Positions 12,431 to 24,062 of a stretch of 64,000 bases of DNA are shown here, piece by piece. Under the pieces are notes generated by a model, which worked only from the letters and a program-made list of their open reading frames with translations, ran no database searches and was not told where the DNA came from. The stretch's first letter is position 1, and each line of letters starts with the position of its first letter. The position numbers and the translations under genes are program-made. The stretch covers positions 4,526,001 to 4,590,000 of the forward strand of contig NC_058368.1 in the NCBI RefSeq assembly GCF_018350175.1, written 5' to 3'. Source of the DNA: Felis catus (lineage: Eukaryota).

Positions 12431-12599
12431 TACCGCCTTCAAAATCTTCAACTACAGATGAAGGTTAGTCATCATGGCTGTCTATTTAGGGGAATTTTGC
12501 ACGATGTGGAGCTGCTATAAATTCTCAACATGTACCTCAGCACCATTAGGAGAGATAAATATGTTCTAGTAATAAGAGTACATTCAGTGTCTTCCTTTC

Positions 12600-13270
12600 T
12601 CCCTTTCTATTGTGGTAAGAAACCACGTACCATTAAATTAGCCATCTTGGCCATTTTTAAGGGTATAGTTCAATATTATTAAGTGTATTCACATTGTTGT
12701 AAACAGATCTCCAGAACTTTTTCGTCTTGCAAAACCGCAACCTTATACCCACTAATAACGGATTCTCCCCCCTTCCTTGGCAGCCACCTTCCCACTTTCT
12801 GTTTCTTTGATTTGGACTACTTTAGATACTTCACTGTAAGTGGAGTCATACACTATTGGCCCTTTTGTAACTTGCTTAATTTCACTTAGCACAATGTCCA
12901 CAGGGTTCATCCGTGTAGCGGAACGTATCAGAACTTCCTTCCTTTTAAAGGTGGAACAATATTCCATTGTACACATACACTGTGTTTTCTACACCCGTGC
13001 ACCTACTGAGGGACACCTGGGTTGCTCCCAGCTCTTGGCTCTTGTAAGTAAGGCTGCAGTGAGCGTGGGTATGCAAATGTCTCTTTGAGATACTGCTTTG
13101 ACTTCTTTTGGATATATGCCCAGAAGTGGGATTGCTGGGTTAGGCGGTAATTCCATTTTAACCTTTTTCGGAACTTCCATCCTGTTTTCCACAGTGGCTG
13201 TACCACTGTATGTTCTCAACAACAGTGCACGGGGTTCCAGTTTCCCCACATCCTTGCCAAATGTATCTCT
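12600..13270 (-). mobile_element. LINE-1 (L1MB-like) 3' end with ORF2 C-terminal remnant
   Basis: Reverse translation gives PAIPLLGIYPKE...ICIPTLTAALLTRAKSWEQPRCPS, the L1 ORF2 C-terminus; typical 3' UTR. Confidence 0.85.
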
Positions 13271-13378
13271 TCTGTTGAATATATAGGTGTGGAAAAGCCA
13301 TTTTTTTGAAAACAATCTTGTAAGCACACAGCAAAGACTGTTGAGAATGAAAATCGCTTTTAAAACCCCAAAGCCCAC

Positions 13379-13505
13379 GGGGCGCCTGGGTGGCTCCGTC
13401 GCTTCAGTGTCTGGCTCTGGGTTTCCGCTCAGGTATGATCTCACGGTTCGTGGGTTCGAGCCCTGTGTTGGGTTCTGCGCTGACAGCAAGGAGCCTGCTT
13501 GGGAT

Positions 13506-13549
<44 letters not shown>

Positions 13550-13615
13550 TCTCTCTCTGCCCCGCCCTGCTCAGGTTCTCTCTCCTTCTCAAAATAAATA
13601 AACATTTAAAAAATC
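13379..13615 (+). mobile_element. Carnivore SINE
   Basis: SINEC structure; TSD ttaaaaccccaaagccc on both sides. Confidence 0.9.
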
Positions 13616-16600
13616 ATTTAAAACCCCAAAGCCCTAGATATAACACGAGAGCAGAGACGGGTGTTCTCATTCCATAGCACTTCTTACAGGTGTGGTCAAA
13701 CCGAAGGAGAACGTCCTTTATCACCTAAAAGCTCTGCATACAGAGTTTTGGCACACACCTCCGGCCAGGGCCAATTCTGAAACAGCCACACGCCTCTTTC
13801 CGTAGAGTAAATATATGTAAATATTCTAAACCTGCATAAAGTGATTTTTTAACGTTCTTGTTGAATCGTCAGCATCCTTCTGGAAAGGCTGCTGTCGTCT
13901 GGGGTCACCGAGGCCAGTGGTGACATGGGCCCCTTCCTTCCCGTGGCCCCGCTTATACAGTCAGATCTTCGGATTCAGCTCTGAATTCTCTCCCCTCCAA
14001 ACGCCCGCTTACTTCCTGAAGGAACTGGTCACCTCTCCAGGCGGCAGCAGCTGCCTGAGGAAAAATCCCCGGGCCACATTTGCAGCCTGGCCAGAGGCAG
14101 CTTCGGGAACAACCGGACAGAGCCACATGGTCATAGAGCACAGACTATTTTTAAGTCAGCAGGACCGTCGCAAATACAATTAGAGACGATACAATTAGGG
14201 ATGACATAAGATTTTTTTGAAAAAAGGACAACAATAAACAGCTTCCACATTCCTCAGGAAAACATTCCTCTGTCTGAACTCAGACTTTACGCTGGTGAAG
14301 GGACGAAGCCTGGCCACCGACTCCAAAGGTGAATTTGTTATGACGGGAAATATCAAACATCACCAACAATGGAAAACTTTACTTTGTAACATGTACCAAA
14401 GGATAAGGATTTCCCACAGGAGTCTGATTTACACACACAGAAAACAGGCCTGTGTCCTGGTAGGAGCCTTTGTCGGGACCCGCGACATGTCTGCTCCCGC
14501 TTGACTTACTTTCACATGTTTAAGGGCTTTTGAGCAGAGTGATGAATTGCAAATTGGTCTGGGAGTCCAAAGACCTTGGTTCGGGTCCAGCAAGACCACA
14601 CAGAAAAAGGCCCTGAGCTCTCTGAGTCTTCGCTTTCTCTTCTGCAACTGAGAAAAATGGCACCCCTCTTGTGTCTCACGGGTTCGTGGGGAGGGCAGAT
14701 GGCGGGGAGCAGGTGAAGGGTTTTGTCAAATAAAAGGAAGGGAAGAACGAACACAGCGGGCTTCACAGTGAGGCGCGTGGCATGGAGTCATTCGCACGTT
14801 AGCTGTCGTCACGATGTCCTGACTCCCAACACGGAGTACCTACCGGGCGTCCCTCTTCCTGCCCGTGCGGCTGCTCCGTGAGGATTTCCCCTCACCAAAC
14901 CGGACTGACTGCAGGGAAATTCCTGCACTTAGAATCATCTGTTACAAACATATATTTTAGCAAACCTCCTGCTGGTCACTCAGACTTCCTCAGGTTTGAG
15001 ATAAGCCAGTCTCACTTCCCATGTTAGAAACGGAAACGGCCAACACAAGGGAGGCAGCCAGGCAGGCAGTTTGCGCTCAGCGCGGGACTGTGAGCAGCTC
15101 TTCCAAAGCCACTGCTGTTTGGGCCAAAAGCCTGAGCACCCGGAGTGACTCTCGAGCCACAGAGATGCACACAGAGGAAATGACCTAGGCCCCGGGGGCC
15201 CTGGCCCTTCAACGCCAAAACATGGCACACCACTTCCAGGGCCATTCGTCTTCAGTGGCCCCCACACACCCAGCGTGGATGGCACCCAATCACGTGGGGA
15301 ATGTGTATTAGAATAAAGATTCCTGTCCTCCGCTGGACCACGGAACCAAGTTCTCAAGGAGAGTGGAGCTGTTTGCCGAGAATCCATTTCGAAAAGCACA
15401 CTGAGTGATTCTGACGTCTGGCTAAATGTGGGACCCACGGGAATCAAGGCCAGACTTACTTAAACCCGCACGCAGAGATCTGCTCTAGGACATATGTGTT
15501 CTGTTGCCTATCCACACAGCAAGACACGATTTGGAGGGCAACGGGCTCGGATCTCACTGGTTGTGAAAACCTCTGCTTTGGCTACTTTGTACCCCTGAAT
15601 GTTCCCTGTATTGACAAAAAAGGACAAAATCCCTTTGTCCATGCTGACCTCTCCACCTGGAACAGCATTCCCACCCAAAGAGCCGATCGAATTTGGACTC
15701 ATCCTTTGAGGCTGCTCGGCTCCCACTTCTTGGTGATGGGTTCCAAGACTTTTTTCCTATTATCCCCTGACCCCCGCAGTAAGTCTCTGCCTGTGATACT
15801 CCAGAAGCACGGTAGCTCACCTCCTAAAATATTCATCACGTTTACACAGTTTTATTTTAGCTGTTTAGCTACAATACTCTAGTTTGCTGTTCATGTGTCT
15901 ATCCCTGCCCAACCCCTATCCCAGGGAACTTTCTTTAGGGAAAAGAAACATGCATACTAGTCAGTGTCACTTGACTGGACGAAAGCCTTGAAATATCTTT
16001 CATATCTAGAATTTAGAATGTTATTGTCATGAAAGTCACTTTTGTGCCTAATCTAGACTTGGAACCCATTTTCCATAAATAGTATTTTTGAGCCTTTTAA
16101 ACATATCAACAGGAAGATCAAACAGGATCCCAGAAACGGACATGCTGGCCTTCACTGCAAACCTTTTATAACGTCTATGGGTCTTTCGAAAATAATTCTC
16201 CCAGCATACAGCTCTCTGTGTGGATTCAACTTGGGACCACTGCTGACTTCTGCTGCCCAGGACGGTGACGGGAATAAGTTACACCACAACGGAGCTTCAT
16301 TTACACCAAACCCCCGACAGTGGATTTTGTTTCTACCAACGGTTGTGTGAATTTTGCTTCAAACTACCTGTGAATCCTCTTGCCGCTTCTCAATCTAAAG
16401 TCAAAACTTGCCCTAGAGTTGTGTCACATATGCCCTATCTCATTAAGAAAAAAGTCCGCCTGTGCTCATCCGTAAAGTGGGTATTTAGAGCCCTCAGATA
16501 CGAGGGTCTGGGCCAAGACGACGCCCCCGACGTCTCCCCTCCACTCTCTCCTGAGAACACAGTGGCTGGAGAGTCCTCAGCTTCCGCCTGTTCTGGAAGC

Positions 16601-17415
16601 TCGCCCTCTGTCCTGTCTCCAATTCAGATGTGGGATTCAGGCTCCGCGTTTCTCACCGTCTCGCCGCGACCCCTCAGCTTTTACTTCTGGCTTGTCCCCG
16701 GGAGTCCTCTTAGCAAGCTGCCGCTTCTCCTGGGGTTTCTGGTTCTGACCAGGGCTCCCCACGCTGCCACCTGTGGATCCGTCCTGGGCTCCTCTCCCCC
16801 ACTTGGCTACCTACCCCCTCAACAGCTCTCTGGGCTAGGTCTCACCACCCCTGCCAGCTCCTGACGGCTGCTTCCTGGCTGGCTGCACAAATCCTGAGCA
16901 GGAACCTGCCTGGTTTCACCACATCCTTGGAATGAACTCTTAGCGTGTACCAGGCACTGCGCTAAACACTTACTATGAATCATCTCAGTCGAGCCTGGTA
17001 AGCATCTTGGAATTATTACTGTTCATTTATAGAGCAGGAAATGGTGGCTCAAAGAGGTTAAATAACTGCTCCCAAATGGTGGGGCTGGAATTCAAACCCA
17101 GGTCTATCTGGCTCTAAAACAATCTTGCTACACACCTGCCACAGTCCTGGCCTCACTTAGCTCACGTGGACAGGACCACGACCTGGTGGCCCATCCTCCC
17201 CGGCACCCACCTTCCCCCTGCCTGTCCCCGGCAGGAGCTTCCTCCAGAGAGGAGAGTCATCAGGCTGTCCCTCAGGGTCCCCCCGCCCCTCCCCTGGCCC
17301 CTGCCCAATCAGGGTGCTCAAATAAAATAGAACCCACAATTTAGCAAACTCCATACTTTATCTTATGCTGGCATATCATTTAAAGTTGACTAAATACTGT
17401 GTTTGCTATCATTTC

Positions 17416-17416
<1 letters not shown>

Positions 17417-17453
<37 letters not shown>

Positions 17454-17466
17454 GCGCGCGCGCATA
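17417..17466. repeat. Compound (CA)n(CG)n microsatellite
   Basis: About 50 bp of uninterrupted purine-pyrimidine alternation. Confidence 0.95.
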
Positions 17467-18967
17467 GTATTCTGAGTATATGAAGAAGTCTTTGGAACAC
17501 TGAACCAGTAAACATTCAGAGCAGGAAAAGAGACAATTTCTACAGAACTGGCCTTCCCAGTTAGAGAGAGTTCTTCCTTTTCTTTGCAGTCAGGCTCGTC
17601 AAAGGAACAGAGCCACCTGTGGAGGTAGGGCAGGAGCGAGGGAGCCCCAAAGGAGCATAGGCGGGGGGCAGGGTGCAGAGCCTTGCACAGAAGATTCTGC
17701 CCCGCTGCCTCTCTTCAGCTACATCGAGAGCATTCCACCCAAAGCGAGAGGCTGGGTCAGGCCTTCCCTTGGCCTTTGCATGAGTGTGGGAAGAAGGGCT
17801 GGGAATCTTGCCCGGGGAGTGGAGGAATGCTGGGAGGAGGAGCAGGGGACAGCAGGGGCTCCCATCACTGACCGCCCGGCCGCCTCTGCTCTCCCACGCG
17901 ATGGCTTGGCTGGCTTGGCTGGAACAAACACACAGATGCACCCACTGGTGCTCAGGACGAGGGGGGGCGGCCAGCTCCCCTCTGGTCTCTACTCCAGCCT
18001 CCGCTGGGCCATGTCAAGCATGGGACCGTGGTGCCCGGCTGCTCAAGCTGACAAGCACAGCCAACTGGTAGGCAGGTCTGTGCTCTGAATGCAGTGATCA
18101 GTGGGCAGCTTTTTGGTGAAATGGAGTACACGGTTGGTCTTGTTTTTTTTTTAATCTCCAGACATAGAAGCCATAACCACATCCATGTCTGCTCTGAGCC
18201 AACACAGAAAACCCATCACAACGAGACGAAGCACAAACTCCAATGGTCTTGCCCCAGCGAGGCCCGAGGCTGCCTTCGAGCTGTCAACCACAATTCTTCC
18301 ATTCCATGCTGAGTTACTGGCATTGATTTCAGGCAAAAACAGAGGCAAGACTTTCAAAAGCATCCTATTGTATCCACATTGTAGCAGATGGCTAAAATTC
18401 TTGGTTTTTTCTTACTCCTTTTAAAGACTACAATCTGTAACTTTCTAGTGTGAGAGTACCACAGTTCCTTCACATTTAAGTAGGAACTGCTTTAGTTGAC
18501 AACATTCACAAAAATACCAAAAAGAGGGAGAACAGTGCAGTCACAGAACATGGGGCATTATCACTTTTGAAAACAGTAAACAGTCTTTCTCAGAAATCAG
18601 TTCGTAGCCTTACACGCCCCAAGTTAGCAAGGAACGTTTTTACAGACAGCCCAACAATAAGCTCCCAATTTCACGTAATACGAGCAAAAACCAGAACGAT
18701 AAAAGCCGGAGCCATAACTCATACAGGACGCTTGCTTCTTTTTGTCTATTTCACACTAACTGCTATGCCATAAACAAAGCCACTTTCTTTGATTTACTAC
18801 ATCCACAATTAAGAGTGCCCTCAGACGCTGCACTAGGACGAATGAGCTTTCACAGACACACTCACACCGACAAGCAGCAGCAGAGAGAAAGCACTGTAAC
18901 TTGGACAGAAACAGACTGCAATCAGCAACATTGGCACGATATAATAATTCATTCTGTGCACACATAC

Positions 18968-19022
18968 CCATGTGAAGGCTTTCCAGACTCCAGAATCTTG
19001 CTATTTCCCCTCTAGCTACCAT
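18968..19022 (-). CDS. SPATA13: Alternative first coding exon of SPATA13 (MVARGEIARFWSLESLHM, phase 1); 5' UTR extent unknown
   Basis: ATG in good context (aggATGG) at 19022; 55 nt to donor ATGG|gtatgt. Phase 1 matches the 5857 acceptor, giving ...LHM-VSSDGG. It resembles a short-isoform N-terminus I recall for human SPATA13. Confidence 0.75.
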
Positions 19023-19260
19023 CCTTCTCTTTGAAAAACAGCCACATTCAGAGCGGGACTGGGGTGTGACTGAGCATCACGGAGAATCACACAGGCTCTT
19101 GGCTACGGAAACCGCAGAAATCGCTTATTCACTGCTTTGACGCTGTGCACACTCCCGGCTGGAGCCTGCCTAGAAGCGGACAGCTCGCTCACTGCTCAGG
19201 GCTGCTAAGGTCAGCGGCACCAGGCGGCCCGCGGACGTCAGGGAGGAAGTTCTAAACTCA
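19023..19260 (-). promoter_or_regulatory. Putative promoter/5' UTR of the MVARG first exon
   Basis: Modest CpG patch, CRE-like TGACGTC (minus, 19240-19234) and ETS core GGAAGT (19245-19250) upstream of the ATG. Confidence 0.4.
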
Positions 19261-19404
19261 AGCAAAGCCTCCACATACCAAACCCACACACACACTCACA
19301 AGCCTAGCAGGTGTGGTCAAGGGCCGTCAATGAAGGTAGGAGAAGTGTGTTTGCTGCTTTTAATCACAATCCCAAAGCCCAAGTTGGACTTTCAGAGAGC
19401 TTTT

Positions 19405-19627
19405 ATTTTTTTTTTTAATTTTTTTTAACGTTTATTTATTTTTGAGACAGAGAGAGACAGAGCATGAATGGGGGAGGGGCAGAGAGAGGGAGACACAGAA
19501 TCAGAAACAGGCTCCAGGCTCTGAGCTGTCAGCACAGAGCCCGACACGGGGCTCGAACTCATGGACCGTGAGATCATGACCTGAGCAGAAGTCGGCCGCT
19601 TAACCGACTGAGCCACCCAGGCGCCCC
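19405..19627 (-). mobile_element. Carnivore SINE
   Basis: Reverse SINEC; TSD tcagagagctttta. Confidence 0.92.
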
Positions 19628-20627
19628 TCAGAGAGCTTTTAAAAAGGTATCCATTTCACAGGGAAAAAAGCAGGGAGGTTGCTAAGTTAAAAAATGTAGT
19701 TAGCATTTTATAACAAAAATTTGAGTCATGATGTTAACTGTAATTGATGAAATCACATTAAATGAAGAATTTTGCTCAAAAAATATATAGGTAAATATGT
19801 GTACACCCTACTATGTGAGAGTAATATGTACATCTTTCACTACATAAAATGTATGTCCTAAATAATGAAGAGAACTGCTTTTCTTGAAGCATCTCTCTAG
19901 ATGACATACAGCTCATTTATTTCCCCGTACTCTTCACCATTTTCCAAGTTATGTACAATGAGCAAGTCTTTCTTTTATTGTGAAACAATGATCGTCAACA
20001 AACAGTACATACACTTCCTTCAATTTCTTCATGACAGGAAGACATGCTTTTTTAACTTGATGAACAATGAGATATAATATATGCAAAATAGTGATCACAT
20101 GGTCATCCCTCAATAAAAGGTGGTTAAAAAAAATAACAGTGCTTGTTAGTAAATGCATGTTTTACACTGATGGGGGTCAGAGCAGCTGGGTTTAAAATCT
20201 GCTCTACCAAACTACATGAGGAAAAGTTTCTAAGTCTCTAAAGAGTTCAGTTTCTGGTCTGTAGAATGGGTATGACTGGGGCGCCAATAATCCCCTTAGG
20301 GTTACCGAGAACATCTTATAGAGTGCTGAGAACATTGCTGGCACTGCACTAGGAATTAGCAAATGTCACCAGTCATGCTGCCACAACTCCAAAAGCCCGA
20401 GGTCCACCAAAAGGTGCCAGTCCCCACAGAATCCACAGCATGAACTCACCAGGCAAATAATGTGATTAGTTACATTATCCATGTTGACTATGTGCCATAT
20501 TGTAGACTGTTCTTAAGTATTTGTGGCTATTTATACTGACTCAATGCATCCCACCCTTAAATCCAGCTAAAGAAAATTTTCTGGGGAACTCACAGCTTCA
20601 ATAATCCACAACAAAGGTGAAATGCAT

Positions 20628-20631
<4 letters not shown>

Positions 20632-20671
<40 letters not shown>
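20632..20671. repeat. (AC)n microsatellite, about 20 units
   Basis: Directly visible. Confidence 0.95.
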
Positions 20672-20673
<2 letters not shown>

Positions 20674-20735
20674 ATAACACCAGATTGGCTTCAAATCTTC
20701 CCATTGCAAATATTTTTAGAAAATGATTTATGAGT

Positions 20736-20922
20736 GGGGTGCCTGGATGGCTCAATAGGTTGAGTGTCCCACTCTTGATTTTGGCTGAGGTCATGATCTC
20801 ATGGTTTGTGGGTTTGAGCCCCATGTCTGTCAGCGTGGAGCCTCCTTGGGAATCTCTGTCTCCCTCTTGCTCTCTGCCCTTCCCCCACTCATACTCTATC
20901 TCTCTCAAAATAAACATTTTAA
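20736..20922 (+). mobile_element. Carnivore SINE (diverged)
   Basis: ggggtgcctggatggctca head; TSD aaaatgattt. Confidence 0.85.
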
Positions 20923-21304
20923 AAAAATGATTTGAGAGAGTCAAATTTTTTAAAGGATTAATAAAGTAGCTCATGCAAAAGGGGCCTCTCCATTCTTTAA
21001 AAAGAAGGCACTAAATTAAATTACGAACTCAAGAGACTCTTTGCAATTGTTTTCCAGAACAGACCCTCTCTATAAGTAAATTTCCTATATGCCACAAGGA
21101 ATACTAGTTGCATAGTATGGTTCACGAAAAAAAAAAGGTCTACCTCTCGGAAATGTACGAGGATACCTTAGGAGCCACAGGCTCCCAGAAGTCCAAATAA
21201 TGACATCGGTGTTACTTTAACATAGACTTTCCTCATCTTATTTGGTCACAAAATTCTCTTTTTATAGTAACACATATTATTAACCCTCCCAAAAAATGTG
21301 CCAG

Positions 21305-21468
21305 GGCCTGGCTACTCGCATGTGGTCCATGGACCCATAGCACTGGCACGACCTGGCAGCTGGTTAGAAGGGAAGACTCTTGGGCCCCAGCCCTATCTGT
21401 GGAATCAGAATCTGCATTTTAACAAGGTCGGGGCCATTCCAATTAACATTCAGGTTTGAGAAGTGTCG
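21305..21468. mobile_element. MER5A-like hAT-Charlie DNA transposon fossil
   Basis: tgtggtccatggacc...gaatcagaatctgcattttaacaag...tttgagaag matches MER5A as recalled. Confidence 0.7.
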
Positions 21469-23852
21469 TTTCGGGCAATTCAAGAAACTCTTTCCTCTGC
21501 GGCAACATCTTGAATGCTACTGTGCTTTTTAAAAAATCTATTCAGAAACTAATGACGCCCATGGAATGAATGGGTAGATGTGGTTTTAGTTAGAACAAAG
21601 AGGCAAAATGCTGAATAAGGAGATAGCGAGCGGTGAAAAGTTGGAATTAATTCTGATGGGTATCCCTTCTAACAAAGTTTAAATTCCAGCAGGAGGCAAA
21701 TAAAATCCGGAGTGTTTTTGTTTCCTTAAATTTGGGGTTCATTTGTCTCGTTGGTTGGTTAAAATTACAAGCTGTCAAAAAGAAAAAGATCTCTTGGCTG
21801 TGTTTCTTTGGTATTGTCCTAAGGGACTGTGTGCCCACTGTCACTTTTCACTGTACAGAGGACAGCTCTTATATCCCAAGGACTCTTTCCAAATCCAGAA
21901 ATGGGGTCAAGGCACTACACTAAGATCCCTGGGAGTTTTCAGACCTTAAATTAAAGGCATTTATACTAAGTAAACTTACTTTACCGCACATTCGAAACAA
22001 AATAAAGACAAAAAGAAGGGAAAAAGTAAACAAAAACTGTATTTAAATGAGGCATCTCATCAAAGGACACTGACCCAACAACCCTTCTAAGATATTTTTG
22101 GAAGAAGAAATACACAGGTTTGACTTTTAGCCTAACATTTTTTTTTTTAGTGATTAAAGCCTATATTTACAAGATCAATAAGAATACTGCAACAAAGACC
22201 TTAAATATAGTTGAAAAAAATCTTAAACTCCACCCCTGTCCCAACACACCCATTAATCTATTCTCTTTGGATATGATTCCACTACATCACGTGATCAGGA
22301 CTGAGACGTTACCAACATTGATTACTGGCAACCCTCAAAGAATTAAGCAAGGGATCAGTCCCACAAGGCAGTAGAGAAATTTAAATTATATATTAATATC
22401 AAATATTTAGAAATCAATGAAGATAAAACAAAAGTTGAAAACAGAAGGAATGTTCTGATGATTTTTGTTGTATGGATGTAGAAATAAAGGTGATTTTTGG
22501 CAAAGCGGTCTTAAGACCCATAGATATTCACACACACATACATACGTGAAAAGGAAATGCCATAAAACTGTCGGGGTAAATTAGTAGCGAGACCTCAAAC
22601 TCACACCAGTGGTCTCCTCTTTGCTTCTCCAGGACTCTTTTCCAAGATTGACTCGATGGCTGTTAAGGTTCCATTTAGCTCTGAATTTCTGGTGTCTTTT
22701 TATTTTCAGTACTAGATGGTACAGATTTTCTTATGTGGCCACCTTCTGACTTGTACAGAAAGATGACCAGCATTGGTTTCGACTCAGAGGTTCCCAGCCG
22801 TTGCTTCACCAAGGCAGCTGCCGTCCTGCAGGTGCAGAGGTATTCTGAAACTAGGGACATCCCAGCAACTTTATGTCCCCCCAAGGTTTAGATACGGCCC
22901 TATTACCAAGAGCTACAGGACAGGCACAAAATAGTAGGAGGCCCCAGAGGACAGAGTAACACTACCCTTCGGCACGACAACACTGTCAATTTTAGAAATG
23001 GGCTCAAGGATGGCTGCCACATCAGCCAAGAACCAAGAAAGTTCCTACGTCTGGCTGGACCGAGCTACGGTCCAAACTCCCGTATGAGCAACGACTTCCC
23101 AGAATCAAGAGTAATGCAGCATGCATTCTATGTACACACTCACTCGCTCTCCTCCACTGCTGATATGGGGCTGCAGTTCCTAACGCTGGAAGGCGGGATT
23201 CCTTTACAGGAAATAATTTGCCCACTTGCTATCAGTTATCGAAACCAATGCTCCCTTGTCCACTAGCATATATAACCGAGTATCCAGAGTGATCCCTTTA
23301 TTCTGAATGGATTAAAAACAAGAAATATTAATTTACAGAAGTTATGCTATTTTCCAGAGAAATATAAAAAAATATGACATCCAGCATAACATACAACATT
23401 TTCTAGAACATACTGATGTACAGCTCCAAACAGTTTCAGTATGCTGTTTGCTCATGTACGGCTAAGGCAGGCTCAATTTAGATCTCATCGAAACATCATT
23501 CAGCAGCCAGACTCCTCACCACAGAAGGGGAGGACCCAGTCACACAGAGCACACAGGAAATGCAGCCTGAGTTACAAGAACATGCTGGGTGAGAACCATT
23601 CAGTGCACACTTGAAAATACAGAGGAAGAAAACGTGCCTCTCTTTGTGTCTTCAAAGCTAATGCTTTTTAATCTGGGGTAATGTAGACTTGAACACACAA
23701 GATGATGGAAAATTTGTTCTCAGTGGCTTAAATAAACCCTCCCATTTGCCTCTACTCCATGCCCCAACCTCTCCAAAAAAGACGCTGTTCCCAGCGTAAA
23801 TGTTTATTACAACATTTGGACTCACTGAGAAACAAATAAAATATTGCCCTTT

Positions 23853-24062
23853 CTTTTTTTCTTTTCTTAAGTTTATTTATTTGAGAAAGAGAGAGAGAAC
23901 CCACGCACGTGAGAGTGAGCAGGGGAGAGGCAGAAAGAGAGAGAGATAATCCCAAGCAGGCTCTGCACTCTCACACGGGCTCGATCTCACAAGCCAAGAG
24001 ATCATGACCTCAGCCGAAATCAAGAGTCAGATGCTTAACTAACCGAGCCATCCAGATGTCCC
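23853..24062 (-). mobile_element. Carnivore SINE (diverged)
   Basis: Reverse SINEC body; flanking ttgcccttt repeat. Confidence 0.82.

Noticed and set aside
16265..16864. 199-aa plus-strand ORF
   Set aside because: GTG start, low-complexity S/P/L content, no domain and no exon support.
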